Program-made: the position numbers and the translations under genes
Notes under the pieces: model-generated
The model's database searches: none
The model's input: the letters and a program-made list of their open reading frames with translations, nothing else
Told to the model about the DNA's origin: nothing
In this document: positions 9,915 through 21,746 of the stretch, piece after piece
How the letters are laid out: every line of letters begins with the position of its first letter
Numbering within the stretch: the stretch's first letter is position 1
Origin: Anaerorhabdus sp.
GTDB lineage: Bacteria; Bacillota_I; Bacilli_A; Erysipelotrichales; Erysipelotrichaceae
Direction of reading: 5' to 3'
Assembly: GCF_036641015.1 (NCBI RefSeq)
Contig: NZ_JAVWFO010000001.1
Coordinates: 16,596 to 80,595, forward strand
Length of the DNA: 64,000 nt

Positions 9915-12229
9915 TGTACAAGAGCTTCCTTTAATACTTGTTCCATAGATTCAACCGGGATAAATTGAACGTTCTCTTTAACAGTATCAGGTATTTCATC
10001 TAAATCTTTTAAATTACTCTTTGGAATAATTATATGTTTGATTCCCACACGATGAGCAGCAAGACTTTTCTCTCTTAATCCACCTATCGGTAGAACATTA
10101 CCTCTTAGTGTGACCTCACCAGTCATGGCTAAATCTGATCGCACTGCTATACCTGTAATAGCTGAAACTAATGCGGTAGTTAAGGTAATTCCTGCACTCG
10201 GACCATCCTTTGGTACTGCCCCTTCAGGTACATGGATATGAATATCATGTGAATCAAAAAACTTAGGATCAATTTTATATTTCTTAGCATTTGATTTAAT
10301 ATAATCTAATGCAATCGATGTAGATTCTTTCATAACATCGCCTAATTGACCGGTCACGATAAATCTCCCTTTTCCATCAAAGTAAGTAACTTCAACAGGT
10401 AATACGTCACCACCGAATTGTGTATATGCTAAACCAGTTACAACGCCCACTTGATTCTTCTTTTCTTTTTGACCATATTCAAACATTTCTTTTCCAAGCC
10501 ATTCAAGAATTAGTTTTTTTGTAACTTTAATTGATTTTTTCTTCTCTTTTAACACTAAAAGAACTGACTTACGACACAAAGATGCAATAACACGTTCTAA
10601 TTGACGTACCCCTGCTTCTCTTGTGTAGTGTCTAATAATGAATAGTAATTCATTCTCTTCAAGTTTAAATTGATTTTGTTTTAAACCATTCATAATTATT
10701 TGCTTAGGAACTAGATGATTCAAAGCAATTTTAACTTTTTCAACTTCTGTGTAACTAGATAATTGAATGATTTCTAAACGGTCACGTAACGCTGCAGGAA
10801 TATCTTCTAAATAATTGGCAGTCGCAATGAACATAACATTACTTAAATCATATGGTTCTTCTAAATAATGATCCGAAAAGAAAGCATTTTGTTCTGGATC
10901 TAATACTTCTAACATCGCACTACTTGGATCACCTTTGTAATCAGAACCTAACTTATCTATTTCATCAATTAGGAATACAGGATTAATAACACCTGCTTTT
11001 TTCATACCTTGAATAATTCTTCCAGGCATACTTCCTAAATAAGTACGACGATGTCCTCTAATTTCAGATTCATCCTTAACACCACCAACTGACATCTTCA
11101 CAAATCTACGATCAAGCGATTTTGCAATAGATTTACCAAGAGATGTTTTTCCTACTCCAGGAGGACCTACTAAACATAATATAGGTGAATTTAAACTCTT
11201 AGTCATTTGTTTAACTGCTAAATATTCCATAATTCTGTCTTTAACTTTACCAAGACCATAATGATATTGATTAAGTCTATCTTGAACTGAATTCAAATTT
11301 TCGTTGTCTTCTGTCATTCCATACCAAGGTGTTTTCAATAACCAATCAAGATATGTCCTTACAACGGAAGCTTCCCCAGAAGATGCAGGCAACATTTCAT
11401 ATCGTTGCAATTCTTCAAGTGCTTTTTGTTTAACATGTTCAGGATACGGATTTTTTTCAATCATTTCACGTAATTCTGCAGTATCATCAGTAAAATTAGA
11501 TACATCACCTAATTCTTCTTTAATAGCACGCATTTTTTCACGCAAATAATATTCACGTTGTCCCTCTTCGATACGCTCTCTTACTTTTTCATTAATGCTT
11601 GTTTCAACTTTAGATAACTCTTTTTCTTTTTCAAGTTCGCTAATAATTAACATCAAACGTTCATTCACATTTAATGTTTCTAATAATTGTTGTTTTTTAT
11701 CTAATGACAAAGGAAAATATTGTGCAAATTGATCTGCCAAAATTACAGCACTAACTCCTTTAGTTAATTGTGCAATAACTTCTGGTGGAAAATTAGTAGT
11801 TGTATTCGCAACATTTTCAAATTCCATTGCAACTCTTTTTACTAAAGCAAGTTCTTCTATTTCATCTCCTGCTATATTAGATAATGGTTGAATTGTAGCC
11901 ATTGTTAATTTCTCACCATCGATATAATCAACAAGTTCAGCTCTTTCTAAACCAGTAAATGTTACACGCATAAAACCATCTTTTTTACGAATTGTTTTTA
12001 TGTGACATAAAGTACCAAATTTATAAATATTATCAAGTGTTGGACTATCAATCATAATGTCATTTTGACATACAACCCAAACATGTCCTTCATAATGATT
12101 TTGTGATTCTTCTACTGCATTAACACTTTTTTCTCTTCCAACCTCAATTACTACATCTTGGTTAGGAAATATTACAATTCCTCTAGTACAAACTACTGGA
12201 ATCGTAACTTGTAAGCTCTTATTCTTCAT
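9911..12229 (-). CDS. lon: Endopeptidase La
   Basis: [29 protein letters not shown] catalytic Ser. Confidence 0.98.
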   Translation of the reverse strand: MKNKSLQVTIPVVCTRGIVIFPNQDVVIEVGREKSVNAVEESQNHYEGHVWVVCQNDIMIDSPTLDNIYKFGTLCHIKTIRKKDGFMRVTFTGLERAELVDYIDGEKLTMATIQPLSNIAGDEIEELALVKRVAMEFENVANTTTNFPPEVIAQLTKGVSAVILADQFAQYFPLSLDKKQQLLETLNVNERLMLIISELEKEKELSKVETSINEKVRERIEEGQREYYLREKMRAIKEELGDVSNFTDDTAELREMIEKNPYPEHVKQKALEELQRYEMLPASSGEASVVRTYLDWLLKTPWYGMTEDNENLNSVQDRLNQYHYGLGKVKDRIMEYLAVKQMTKSLNSPILCLVGPPGVGKTSLGKSIAKSLDRRFVKMSVGGVKDESEIRGHRRTYLGSMPGRIIQGMKKAGVINPVFLIDEIDKLGSDYKGDPSSAMLEVLDPEQNAFFSDHYLEEPYDLSNVMFIATANYLEDIPAALRDRLEIIQLSSYTEVEKVKIALNHLVPKQIIMNGLKQNQFKLEENELLFIIRHYTREAGVRQLERVIASLCRKSVLLVLKEKKKSIKVTKKLILEWLGKEMFEYGQKEKKNQVGVVTGLAYTQFGGDVLPVEVTYFDGKGRFIVTGQLGDVMKESTSIALDYIKSNAKKYKIDPKFFDSHDIHIHVPEGAVPKDGPSAGITLTTALVSAITGIAVRSDLAMTGEVTLRGNVLPIGGLREKSLAAHRVGIKHIIIPKSNLKDLDEIPDTVKENVQFIPVESMEQVLKEALVQ

Positions 12230-12252
12230 ATTTTAACCTCCATCATAAGACA

Positions 12253-12277
12253 AAATAAGACGCAATGCGTCTTATTT
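12253..12277 (-). terminator. Hairpin/terminator after tig
   Basis: AAATAAGACGC-AAT-GCGTCTTATTT perfect inverted repeat. Confidence 0.7.
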
Positions 12278-13543
12278 AGTAGCTGTATCTTTGATTAGAT
12301 CGTAAGCTTTACGAATACGAATATCTTCTGCCAAGCTAGATGAAGGAATCAATTCTTTAACTTTTGATACTTCCATCTTATATTGCTCAGCAATTCCGTT
12401 GAATTCAGTTTCAACTTCATCGTCATTAACTTCGATCTTTTCAGCTTTAGCAATAGCTTCAAGAACTAAACGCAATTTAACTTTGTTTTCAGCATCTTTC
12501 CCCATTTGCTCACGAATTTGTTCCATTGTTTGACCAGTCATTTGCATGAATTGATCAAGTCCGAAACCTTGTTGTTGTAAACGATTTGCAAAGTCATTTA
12601 CTAGTTGATTAGTTTCATCTTCAATCATTTCTTGTGGAATGTCAACAGTAGCACCATCTACTACTTTAGTGATCAAATCATTCATAGCATTATTTTCTGC
12701 TTGAGTTTTTTTGTTTTCCCCTAAATCTTTCTTAATTAGATTTTTTAAATCTTCAAGAGTTTCTACATTAGGTGCATTTACATCTTTAGCAAATTCATCA
12801 TTAAGTTCAGGTAATTGCTTACTCTTAACTTCATGTACTTTTACTTTGAATGTAACAGGTGCTCCTTTTAGTTCTTCTGCTTGGTAATTTTCAGGGAATG
12901 TAACATTAACATCTTTATCATCGCCAGCAACAGCACCAATTAGTTGTTCTTCAAATCCTGGAATAAAGCTTCCTGAACCAATTACTAAGTGATGTCCTTC
13001 AGCTTTACCGCCTTCAAATGCTACACCATCTTTAAATCCTTCAAAATCAATTACAGCAGTATCGCCATTTTCAACAGCGCCTTCTTTTGTAATCATATCA
13101 GCATAGTTTTCTTGTAAACGAGTTAATTCATTATTAACCTCTTCATCACTAACCTCTGATACTTCTTCACTATATGGTAATTCTTTGTATTGACCTAAAG
13201 TTACTTCAGGTTTAACCACAATAATGAAGCGGATGTCAGCTTTTTCTTCATTCATGTCATCAATTGCTAATTCAGGTCTTGCTACAGGCCATAAATCAAA
13301 CTCCTTAATTCCATCTTGTAATAATTGATTAGCAATACTTTCAATTGCTTCAACCATTACATTATTTGAAGAAATGTTTTTCTCAATCATATTTTTTGGA
13401 GCATGCCCTTTTCTAAAACCAGGGATTTCCACATTTTGCGCTAATTTATCGAAAGCTTTCTTTTGAGCATCTTTCCATTCTTGCCCTTCAATTGTTACTT
13501 TTAATTCACCTTTAGATTTTTCAATAATATTCCAAGTTGACAT
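12272..13543 (-). CDS. tig: Trigger factor
   Basis: IPGFRKGH signature, FKBP domain IDFEG..FIPGFEEQL. Confidence 0.98.
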   Translation of the reverse strand: MSTWNIIEKSKGELKVTIEGQEWKDAQKKAFDKLAQNVEIPGFRKGHAPKNMIEKNISSNNVMVEAIESIANQLLQDGIKEFDLWPVARPELAIDDMNEEKADIRFIIVVKPEVTLGQYKELPYSEEVSEVSDEEVNNELTRLQENYADMITKEGAVENGDTAVIDFEGFKDGVAFEGGKAEGHHLVIGSGSFIPGFEEQLIGAVAGDDKDVNVTFPENYQAEELKGAPVTFKVKVHEVKSKQLPELNDEFAKDVNAPNVETLEDLKNLIKKDLGENKKTQAENNAMNDLITKVVDGATVDIPQEMIEDETNQLVNDFANRLQQQGFGLDQFMQMTGQTMEQIREQMGKDAENKVKLRLVLEAIAKAEKIEVNDDEVETEFNGIAEQYKMEVSKVKELIPSSSLAEDIRIRKAYDLIKDTATK

Positions 13544-13650
13544 TGCTATTTCCTCCTAAATGTTCAGCCTAACTATTATAACAAAATTATCCTCAATTTC
13601 AAATAAGTTGAGAAGTAATATGCATTCTTTTTGCTTAATTTAACACCATT

Positions 13651-14364
13651 TTATGAAAGTAAGTGATTTTTAGGTGTTTCTTGCCTAAATTTAAGCTTTT
13701 TTTCAAGATTATCCCACTCATTACTGCGATTAGTAAGATTCAACACAAACTTCGTTATCATTAACGCTAATTCATAACCTTCTTCTAATTCATAGCTTAA
13801 AGGTAAGTAATCAAAGCATTCATGAATAAGTTGCTGTAAACAAAACTCATAAAACGAAGGATCTTCATTAGAAAACCACTCTTCTAAATAAGATTGTGCT
13901 TCATTAAATCCATCAGATTCAAAAGGTCTTAAACAACATACTGGTGTAAACTCATAATCAATTTCATCTTTTTGATAAATTAAAGTCTCATCAATTTTCT
14001 GTTCAATGCATGAGTCAATTAGTAATGCTGCCGCAGAAGGATTAGGTTTACTTGCTAAGTATTTACTAATAAGTTCCAAATAGTTTCTCAAATTCAATGT
14101 ATTTAACTTATTAACCGCAACCAGTTGTAATTCATCATCAGCAAACAGGTATTTCTCTATATCTTGTTCACTTAATTCGCGAATTACTTGATTACCACTT
14201 TCTGATTTAATGTCTTTATTTAACTCTTCTAATTTTTTTTCGAACTCCACAGGCACATAAGGCATTTTCAACTCCGACAATATAAGTGATTTTGCTTCAT
14301 CATATTCCTTATTTTTAATATGGTTTTCGATTGTTTCTAGTATTTCATCATAGTAACTTTTCAT
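13651..14364 (-). CDS. Conserved hypothetical protein, probably DUF3196 family
   Basis: Start revised to ATG 14364 (GAGGAAG SD); YYDEIL..I..EL.MPYVP..E motif and position upstream of tig recalled from Mollicutes/Erysipelotrichia; family name not verified. Confidence 0.65.
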   Translation of the reverse strand: MKSYYDEILETIENHIKNKEYDEAKSLILSELKMPYVPVEFEKKLEELNKDIKSESGNQVIRELSEQDIEKYLFADDELQLVAVNKLNTLNLRNYLELISKYLASKPNPSAAALLIDSCIEQKIDETLIYQKDEIDYEFTPVCCLRPFESDGFNEAQSYLEEWFSNEDPSFYEFCLQQLIHECFDYLPLSYELEEGYELALMITKFVLNLTNRSNEWDNLEKKLKFRQETPKNHLLS

Positions 14365-14410
14365 ACTCTTCCTCAAAAATGAACCTTCAAACAAGTTGAA
14401 GGTTCTTCTA

Positions 14411-17400
14411 TTAATTATCAAACATTTTTTGTCTTAGATAATCTAATTTCTTTGCAAATAAATTCTTATTTTTAATTTCTAATTCTTTGTCAAGACGACG
14501 CTTTTCGCTCATTTCATTTTCAAATTCAATAAGACGATGTTGTTCACTAGCTATTTCTTGCTCAATATCATTCAGTAATTTTTGATGTTTTCGTACCATT
14601 TCATCATAAATTTCTGATTGATTCGCTATTTTACCAGCTTTTTCTTTACGCAATTTAGATTCTTCTGCTTCCAGTTCACTTAATCTATTCTTTCGAGCAA
14701 TTATTTTATCTTCATATCCCTCAAGTACATCTGCATAAGATACAGAACTAGAGTTTGATTTATAAATTTCATCTAATGACTCATATTTCTTCTTAAGTGC
14801 ATTGAAACGTCTTAATACCTTGTTGTTATCATCTTGTAATGAGTAAATTTCCTCTAAGAAACTATTCTTAGTTGCAGCAATACGATCAGTAAATTCATCC
14901 TTAGCATGTTTTTCATTTTCCATAAGTTCATCTCGAATATTACTTACGTTTTCAAATTCAGCTGCATCATAGTTTTCTTCGTTATTTTGTCGTTTACGTA
15001 ATGCATCCTTATATTCTTGAATATATGCTTCATTCTTAACAATTTGTTCGTTCAACAACTTCTCGTAACGTTCTTCTTTTTCACGTATTTGTTTGTCCAA
15101 CTCATCAAGTGACAATTCAAACTCTTCGCCAGCTGCTTCTTTTTCTTTTTCTATACGTTGAAGTTCTTTTTCAAGAATCTTGTTATTTTTACGATTTTCT
15201 TCTTCAATTGATGCTTTCTTCTTTTCTGAAAGCTTTTCAAAAATCTTTTGTTGCTTATCAATTACATCATTAATTTTAGCTTTTTCTTCTTCTAATAATT
15301 CCAATTTAGACTGACGAATTGCTTGAAGTTTTTCCTCTTCTTGATTTCTTGTTTGAACAAATCTTTCAACTTCTAAATCAATACTTTGTTTGTAAGAATC
15401 AATTTTAGCTTGTCTATCTTTAATAAGGTTTTCAATGTTAACAAGATTTTGTTCACATTCTTCCTCATATTTGCGTAATCTTTGTTCATCTTGAAACTTA
15501 CGTTGTTCAAGTTTTTCTTCTAAATCATGAATACTTTGACTAACTTGTTCTTCTTGTTTCTTTAAAGACTCATTTTCATTAATTAGTCGATTAATTTCAG
15601 GATTATATTGATTTCTAATTGCTTTTTCTTCTTCTTGCATTTTTTCAGCAGATAATTTGATACGTTGACGAATAGCACTTAAAGATTCATCCCAGAATTT
15701 TTTGAAGTTTTCTTTTTCAATATCTCTTTCTTCAATACGTTTAGCTTCTTCATTGTTCAAACGATTCACAAGAGCTTCAAAGCGAGTTTTTTCAGCCTCA
15801 AGTTTTTCTTCTTCTTGACGAACATATTCATTAATATCTGCTTGTTTATCAGCAAGTTGCTTTGCAAGTTGCGCTTTATAATCCTCATAGTTTTTAATAA
15901 AGCCATTTAGAATTTCATCATTTTGAAGTGCAATAACTTCTTGTTTTTCATCTTGTTCACGAATAAATTCTTGAATAAGTTGTTCATGTTGCGTATTTAC
16001 TTGTTCGATTGCTTTTTGATAATTTTCATTACGCATTGCAATAATATGAGTAATTTCTTTATCAACATCTTCCTGAGCATTTTTGATTTCTTGAATTTTT
16101 TGCTCATTTATTTGTTTAGTTTGATCTAATTCATTTTGTAATTCTTCAATATTTGCATTAAGTCTATCAACCATTGATTGATAATTAGAAATCTCTCTTT
16201 CACGGTCTTCCATATGAATCTTATTATTGCGCTCATAGTCCGCGATAAACTTTTCAATCATTTCTTTTTTTGTTTCTTGTTGTCTAATTTTAGCATCAAC
16301 CGCATTTTTAAGTTGAATTTTTTCAATTTCAACTTGATTTAATTGTGCACTCAACTCATCTTTTAATTCATTGAAATTTTTAATATTAGACTCTCTAGCA
16401 ACTTCTGCTTCATATTCAAGTTGAGCTTTATGATGTTCAAAGTCCTCTTGAAGAAGTGCCATTTCATTTTTATGGCTTTCTTCTGTTTTTTCCATTTCTT
16501 GAGTAACAAGTTTAACTTGTTCTTGAATTTTACTAAGAGCTTGTTCATTTTCTCTTACTTTATTTGCATATGTAGCTTCTAATACAGATTGTTCTTGAAG
16601 AATTCTATTCTTCTCGTCTTCCATATTACGTTGAATGTCGATTAATTCTGAATTCATTTTATTAGATATTGTCTTACGTGCTAGTTCATATTCAGAGCGT
16701 AAATAATCAATTCGTTCATCTTTTTGCACTTCCAATTGAGCAATAGAGCGTTCAACTTCTTGTGCTTGTTCATTTAACTCAGTAGCTAATTCATTTCTTA
16801 ACTTGATAAGTTTTTGATTCTCATCTTGTTCATCTGATTTATAATGACTAATTATGTCACGTAAATTTGCATCAATATTACGAATTTCAATTCGTTTATT
16901 ATCAATTGCATGCTCAAAATCATTAATTTGTTGCAAATGCTCTTCAAGTGCAACGCTGTTCTTTTTAATTAAATCATTTTTATTAGCTTCGTATTCCTCT
17001 TGAAGTACAGCCATATTTGTAATTAATGTCTTTTCCTCATCAGTTAAGCGACTAATCTCACTATTTATTTCACTAATTCTTTCTTCAGCATTTTTTCTAT
17101 GTTCATCAATACTCTTAACGATTTTCTCTACTGTTGTTTGAGCATTTTCCTTAATTTTGTTTAATTTCTTATCATTGTTATGCTTAAATGATTCTAATTC
17201 ATTAGCATTTTTCTCTTTTAAGCTATCAAAGTTTTTGCCTGTTTCAGCTAAAATACGATTCTCTTGTTCGATTTGTTTTTCAAACTCTGGAATAATAGTA
17301 TTTATCTTGTTTTGCGTATCATGAATTTCATTTGATATTTGTTCAATGAAAACATCACTATTTCTTTGTAATTCAGCAACACGTTCCTTATGCTCTTTTT

Positions 17401-19321
17401 GAATTTCTTTAATGTTTTCTTCATACTTAGCTTGCATTTCATCTTTTTTAGCAAGAACTTTTTGTTCGAATTCTTCCATTTTCTTTTGGAATTTATCTTT
17501 TGATTCATCAATTTTAGCTGTATGAGCACTAATTAATTCTTCTCTTCTTGCTTCAAAAGCTAATACACAAGCTTCATGTTTACTTCTTTCTTCTTCACGA
17601 AGTGCTTCTAAAGGAATCATTTTTTCATTTAATAATTCTATTTCTTTTTTTAATCCTTCAATAATTTCATTCTTATTATCGATTTCAGTACTGTGTTCTT
17701 CCTTAATAAGCTTAATTTGATTTTCAAGACGATTAACTTCTTCATCATTATTTTGTTGTATTAAGTTAACTTCAACTTGTTTATTTTCTAAATTTTTAAT
17801 ATAACCTTCAACTTGTTCATCAATTTCAACACGTTTTTGTGCAAAAACAGCTTCTTGTTCTTTAAGTTGTTCTTGAATTAATAGTACATCGCTTTCGAAT
17901 TGTGCACTTAGTTTGATTAAATAATTATTATGTTCAATTTCTGCATTTTTAATATCTGTTTGGCACTTTAATATACGATCTTTGATTTCATTTAGACGTT
18001 GATAGTGTGTGCTTTCAAGTGTTAATTCCTTAGCTTCTAGTTCTTTCTTTCCTAATTGTAACTTTTCTTCATCACGACGTAGATCTTCCTTTAAGAAACT
18101 AATATTACCATTAAGTTTTTCTTCCTCACTCGCAAGCAATCCACGATAAAATTCATAGATTGAATCAGCTTCTTCCTTAAGTTTAGTATCCAATCCATTA
18201 GTTTTTAATACAATGTCTTGTTGGAATTGCTCAAATTCACGGCCTAGTTTTTCAATTAATTGTTGTGTTTGTTCTTGTTCAGTTGCTCTTAAATTAGTGA
18301 AGTTTTCTACTTCCTTCTTATAAGTATCACTTAAAATACGAAATTGATTTTGCTTTCCAGCAAGTTCATTTTGCGCATGGTTATGGGAATTTTCTAATTC
18401 TTTAATGCGAGCAAGTTGATTATCTTCCAAATTACGTCTAATCACTTCATATTTTTCAATTTTTTGTTTTAGTAAGTCTTTTAAACTTTTTTCATGTTTA
18501 TCAAGTAAATCAAGTTCTGCTTTTTTACCATCGATAAAAGCTTGGTTACTAAGTGCAAAATCATCAAAACTTGCTGCCCATTGATTTATTTTAGTAGCAA
18601 GTTCTTGCTTCTTATGTTCAAGTTGCGCTAAGTTATTCTCTTTTGTATTCTCAATTTCTTGTTTATAACCTTCATATGTAATTTCTTCATTTTTAAGTGC
18701 TTCGCTAAGACTGTTTTCTAATTCAATAACCTTCTTATCAAAGTTTTTCTTTAATTTCTCAATGTGTGTTTCAAGTTTCTTAATTTCTTTTTTCTTCTTT
18801 TCACATTCAATAGCCGATGCAGATTTTAGACTTTCTTTGATTTCTTCAGTTTCTTGTATTAAACGATTACGTTCTTTTAAGAATAATTTGTCTTGGGATT
18901 GTTTGATTGACTGAATTTCATCGTATATTTCTTTTTCTTTTTTAGCAAGTTGTTCTTTTAATATTTTATTCTTTTTGTCAGCATCACTTAAAATAACAGC
19001 TTTTTTCTTATTTACTTCTTTAGCTGCTTTTTCAGATTTAGTTGCTAAGACATTAATTTTTTCTTGGATTTCTCCTGATTCAGCATCAATGTCATCCATT
19101 GCCTTTTCAATATCACGTTTAGCTTGATTAACTTGTTTTTTACGCGCATTATATTCGATATTTTGAACCTTCTGAACACCATTTAAAAAATCTCCTGAAT
19201 GTTCTAACTCGTGTTCCAATTTTTCAATATTCTTCTCTTTTTCTTCTATTTCGATTTGAATATCGCTTGGTTTTACCTCTTCTTGCTTTTTGAATGAGTT
19301 AAAAAAACTGAATTTTGCCAT
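14411..19321 (-). CDS. Giant coiled-coil protein (1636 aa), function unknown
   Basis: Uninterrupted ORF, E/K/Q/L/I-rich, very few Pro/Gly, no TM segment, no Walker motifs. Confidence 0.85.
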   Translation of the reverse strand: MAKFSFFNSFKKQEEVKPSDIQIEIEEKEKNIEKLEHELEHSGDFLNGVQKVQNIEYNARKKQVNQAKRDIEKAMDDIDAESGEIQEKINVLATKSEKAAKEVNKKKAVILSDADKKNKILKEQLAKKEKEIYDEIQSIKQSQDKLFLKERNRLIQETEEIKESLKSASAIECEKKKKEIKKLETHIEKLKKNFDKKVIELENSLSEALKNEEITYEGYKQEIENTKENNLAQLEHKKQELATKINQWAASFDDFALSNQAFIDGKKAELDLLDKHEKSLKDLLKQKIEKYEVIRRNLEDNQLARIKELENSHNHAQNELAGKQNQFRILSDTYKKEVENFTNLRATEQEQTQQLIEKLGREFEQFQQDIVLKTNGLDTKLKEEADSIYEFYRGLLASEEEKLNGNISFLKEDLRRDEEKLQLGKKELEAKELTLESTHYQRLNEIKDRILKCQTDIKNAEIEHNNYLIKLSAQFESDVLLIQEQLKEQEAVFAQKRVEIDEQVEGYIKNLENKQVEVNLIQQNNDEEVNRLENQIKLIKEEHSTEIDNKNEIIEGLKKEIELLNEKMIPLEALREEERSKHEACVLAFEARREELISAHTAKIDESKDKFQKKMEEFEQKVLAKKDEMQAKYEENIKEIQKEHKERVAELQRNSDVFIEQISNEIHDTQNKINTIIPEFEKQIEQENRILAETGKNFDSLKEKNANELESFKHNNDKKLNKIKENAQTTVEKIVKSIDEHRKNAEERISEINSEISRLTDEEKTLITNMAVLQEEYEANKNDLIKKNSVALEEHLQQINDFEHAIDNKRIEIRNIDANLRDIISHYKSDEQDENQKLIKLRNELATELNEQAQEVERSIAQLEVQKDERIDYLRSEYELARKTISNKMNSELIDIQRNMEDEKNRILQEQSVLEATYANKVRENEQALSKIQEQVKLVTQEMEKTEESHKNEMALLQEDFEHHKAQLEYEAEVARESNIKNFNELKDELSAQLNQVEIEKIQLKNAVDAKIRQQETKKEMIEKFIADYERNNKIHMEDREREISNYQSMVDRLNANIEELQNELDQTKQINEQKIQEIKNAQEDVDKEITHIIAMRNENYQKAIEQVNTQHEQLIQEFIREQDEKQEVIALQNDEILNGFIKNYEDYKAQLAKQLADKQADINEYVRQEEEKLEAEKTRFEALVNRLNNEEAKRIEERDIEKENFKKFWDESLSAIRQRIKLSAEKMQEEEKAIRNQYNPEINRLINENESLKKQEEQVSQSIHDLEEKLEQRKFQDEQRLRKYEEECEQNLVNIENLIKDRQAKIDSYKQSIDLEVERFVQTRNQEEEKLQAIRQSKLELLEEEKAKINDVIDKQQKIFEKLSEKKKASIEEENRKNNKILEKELQRIEKEKEAAGEEFELSLDELDKQIREKEERYEKLLNEQIVKNEAYIQEYKDALRKRQNNEENYDAAEFENVSNIRDELMENEKHAKDEFTDRIAATKNSFLEEIYSLQDDNNKVLRRFNALKKKYESLDEIYKSNSSSVSYADVLEGYEDKIIARKNRLSELEAEESKLRKEKAGKIANQSEIYDEMVRKHQKLLNDIEQEIASEQHRLIEFENEMSEKRRLDKELEIKNKNLFAKKLDYLRQKMFDN

Positions 19322-19618
19322 AGTAGCACCCCTTAATCATGTTTAAAAATGCACATTTGTATATCATAAATATTAACTCAAAAATGCTATTTTAACAACA
19401 TAAACTAGGTAAAACGAAGTAAAATAAAACAACTTCGTTTATAAATCAGCCAAGATAACATTACTTTAATACAATTAATAAATATTCATGCTGTATCCAA
19501 GTCATAGCCATAATACTTAAACAATAGTAGTTATGTAGGATATATTGAGTTAGATTATTTACTCTATTTTAAACATTAACTTGTTTTGCAACAGTTTTGA
19601 AAGCAATGCAATGAATGT

Positions 19619-20896
19619 CTATCTATAGACTGACCGATATAAATTTTCACGTAATTTTTTATAGATAATTATAGTTAAAATGGTTATTGCAGGCACCAAA
19701 ATGATATAGATATTTGAAAAGTAGCTAACTAAATTATTATAAAATACAACCATTACAATACAAATCAGAAAAATGAATATACCATCAAAAAACATATCAT
19801 TATTAATAAACCCTTTTGTTACGAAATAGAATATCAAAAGTATAGTCATAGCATAAATTAATGCATCTCCAATTGATACTAAGTTGAAATTTATTAATTG
19901 AATATTAAATAACAATTTTAAACTAATGAGTGTTACTCCAACTGTAATTAATATAATAATTATGTTCTTAACAAAACTATATACAATTGCATCAAACATT
20001 CTTTCTCTAGATATTGGCACAAGTTTTAAATATGTCGCCCTATTAAAATGATACTCATATGTTGCATATAACGAAATCGAAAATAATAGAATAAATAGAA
20101 CATAAACCGTTGTTAATGACATCATTGAAAATTTACCATAATTAGAGAATGTTATGAAAATTTGATATAACCAAAACGAAAATCCAGTTATCGCAACTTT
20201 TTGATTATCAAGGTTATATTTAGAAAACCGACTTAATTGACTAATTTTATTTTCCATTTTTTTATTGCTTAATTCAAGATTTTTACTATTTGAATACGTT
20301 TGCACAAAAAGTTTAAATAACGCTACCATAAATGGAAATATAAATGAAACTAATATCATTAAGAAAAATTTATCAAAAACTAATATTTGCGTTTTAAAAT
20401 AATATACAACCAATAATAGAAAGTTTAAATACATTAACGATAATATATATCCAAATCGACAATTATTTAAAAAACAATTATTTTTAAACATCATATTTTC
20501 AAGCACGAAATATATCCAATAAAAGCTGATAACTATCGCCAAAAACAGTATTACAGCATTTACACTATATGGATATACTTTAGTCAAACTACATAAACCA
20601 ATAATACATACTCCTACAATTGTTAATGCAAATGAACTTATAAAATAAAGAGAAAATTGTTTGTTTTTATCTATTGGCAATATTTGTAAATATTTACTTC
20701 CGTTTGTATCTAAAAAATCAAAGTTAGATCCATAATCAAATCGGGTTGATTCACCCACAGTAAATAAACAAATTCCAAGCGCACCAACAGCCAAAAGTAA
20801 ACTAGGATCACACAATCCAATAAAACCAATTGTAAATATTGCAACTGCCCAACGCCACATACATTTATTTTTCCAATATGTAAAGTAAGGTTTCAT
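19619..20896 (-). CDS. Multi-pass membrane protein, ABC-2-type permease
   Basis: ~11-12 hydrophobic segments; follows ABC ATPase. Confidence 0.7.
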   Translation of the reverse strand: MKPYFTYWKNKCMWRWAVAIFTIGFIGLCDPSLLLAVGALGICLFTVGESTRFDYGSNFDFLDTNGSKYLQILPIDKNKQFSLYFISSFALTIVGVCIIGLCSLTKVYPYSVNAVILFLAIVISFYWIYFVLENMMFKNNCFLNNCRFGYILSLMYLNFLLLVVYYFKTQILVFDKFFLMILVSFIFPFMVALFKLFVQTYSNSKNLELSNKKMENKISQLSRFSKYNLDNQKVAITGFSFWLYQIFITFSNYGKFSMMSLTTVYVLFILLFSISLYATYEYHFNRATYLKLVPISRERMFDAIVYSFVKNIIIILITVGVTLISLKLLFNIQLINFNLVSIGDALIYAMTILLIFYFVTKGFINNDMFFDGIFIFLICIVMVVFYNNLVSYFSNIYIILVPAITILTIIIYKKLRENLYRSVYR

Positions 20897-20897
20897 A

Positions 20898-21743
20898 TCA
20901 TAACCCCCAATAAATCATAATATCTTCTATTGATGCTTTTTTAAATTGATATTTTGGATTATTTATAAATTTAGAGCTTTGCGTGCACAATGCTTTAAAA
21001 CCATCTTTAGTTTCTTCAATACTTCTACAAACTTTTTTTAAATCATCTGGTATGGTGCCTTCACCAAATACAATTTGGTTTTCTTCTTGGATATGATCCT
21101 TATTCATTGAAAATACAATTTCGCCATCATCAATTAATGTAACTTCATCTGCAATTTTATCTAAATCAGATGTAATGTGTGTTGAAAATAAAACGGTTTT
21201 ACTTTCATCTTGCATAATATCATAAATTAAATCTAAAACTTGATGCCTTGAAATTGGATCAAGATTTGATGTTGGTTCATCAAGAATAATGAAATCCGGA
21301 TGATGTGCTAAACTAAACGCAATTGATATTTTCATTTTCATTCCTAATGATAAACTTTTGAATTTAGTGTCTAAGGATACATCCAACTTTTTGCACAAAT
21401 TTTTAAAATATAATATATCAAAATTACTATAAAACGGACCTAGTTCTGATGCTAAACGTTCTCCAGTCATTGATAAAGGATAATAAAATTGATCGTTAAC
21501 ATACGCAATTCTGTCCTTTATTTCAAGTCCATTATCCTCGAAATTCATACCTAATATTTTTATATCTCCTCTATTGCGTCTAATTAATTCTAAAAAGCCA
21601 TTAATCATCGTTGTTTTACCAGAGCCATTTCGCCCAATCAATCCTGTAACATAACCCTTTTTAACACAGTAATTAGGAATATATAGTTTAAAATTATTAT
21701 AGCTAACAGCTAAATCATTTAATTCTAATGCATACTCAGTCAT
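20898..21743 (-). CDS. ABC transporter ATP-binding protein (YtrB-like)
   Basis: GRNGSGKTT, LSLGM, ILDEPT. Confidence 0.93.
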   Translation of the reverse strand: MTEYALELNDLAVSYNNFKLYIPNYCVKKGYVTGLIGRNGSGKTTMINGFLELIRRNRGDIKILGMNFEDNGLEIKDRIAYVNDQFYYPLSMTGERLASELGPFYSNFDILYFKNLCKKLDVSLDTKFKSLSLGMKMKISIAFSLAHHPDFIILDEPTSNLDPISRHQVLDLIYDIMQDESKTVLFSTHITSDLDKIADEVTLIDDGEIVFSMNKDHIQEENQIVFGEGTIPDDLKKVCRSIEETKDGFKALCTQSSKFINNPKYQFKKASIEDIMIYWGL

Positions 21744-21746
21744 AGT

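Noticed and set aside
14411-19321. SMC/SbcC or phage tape-measure identity for the giant ORF
   Set aside because: No Walker A/B, signature or hinge motifs; not Ala/Gly-rich; no phage genes nearby
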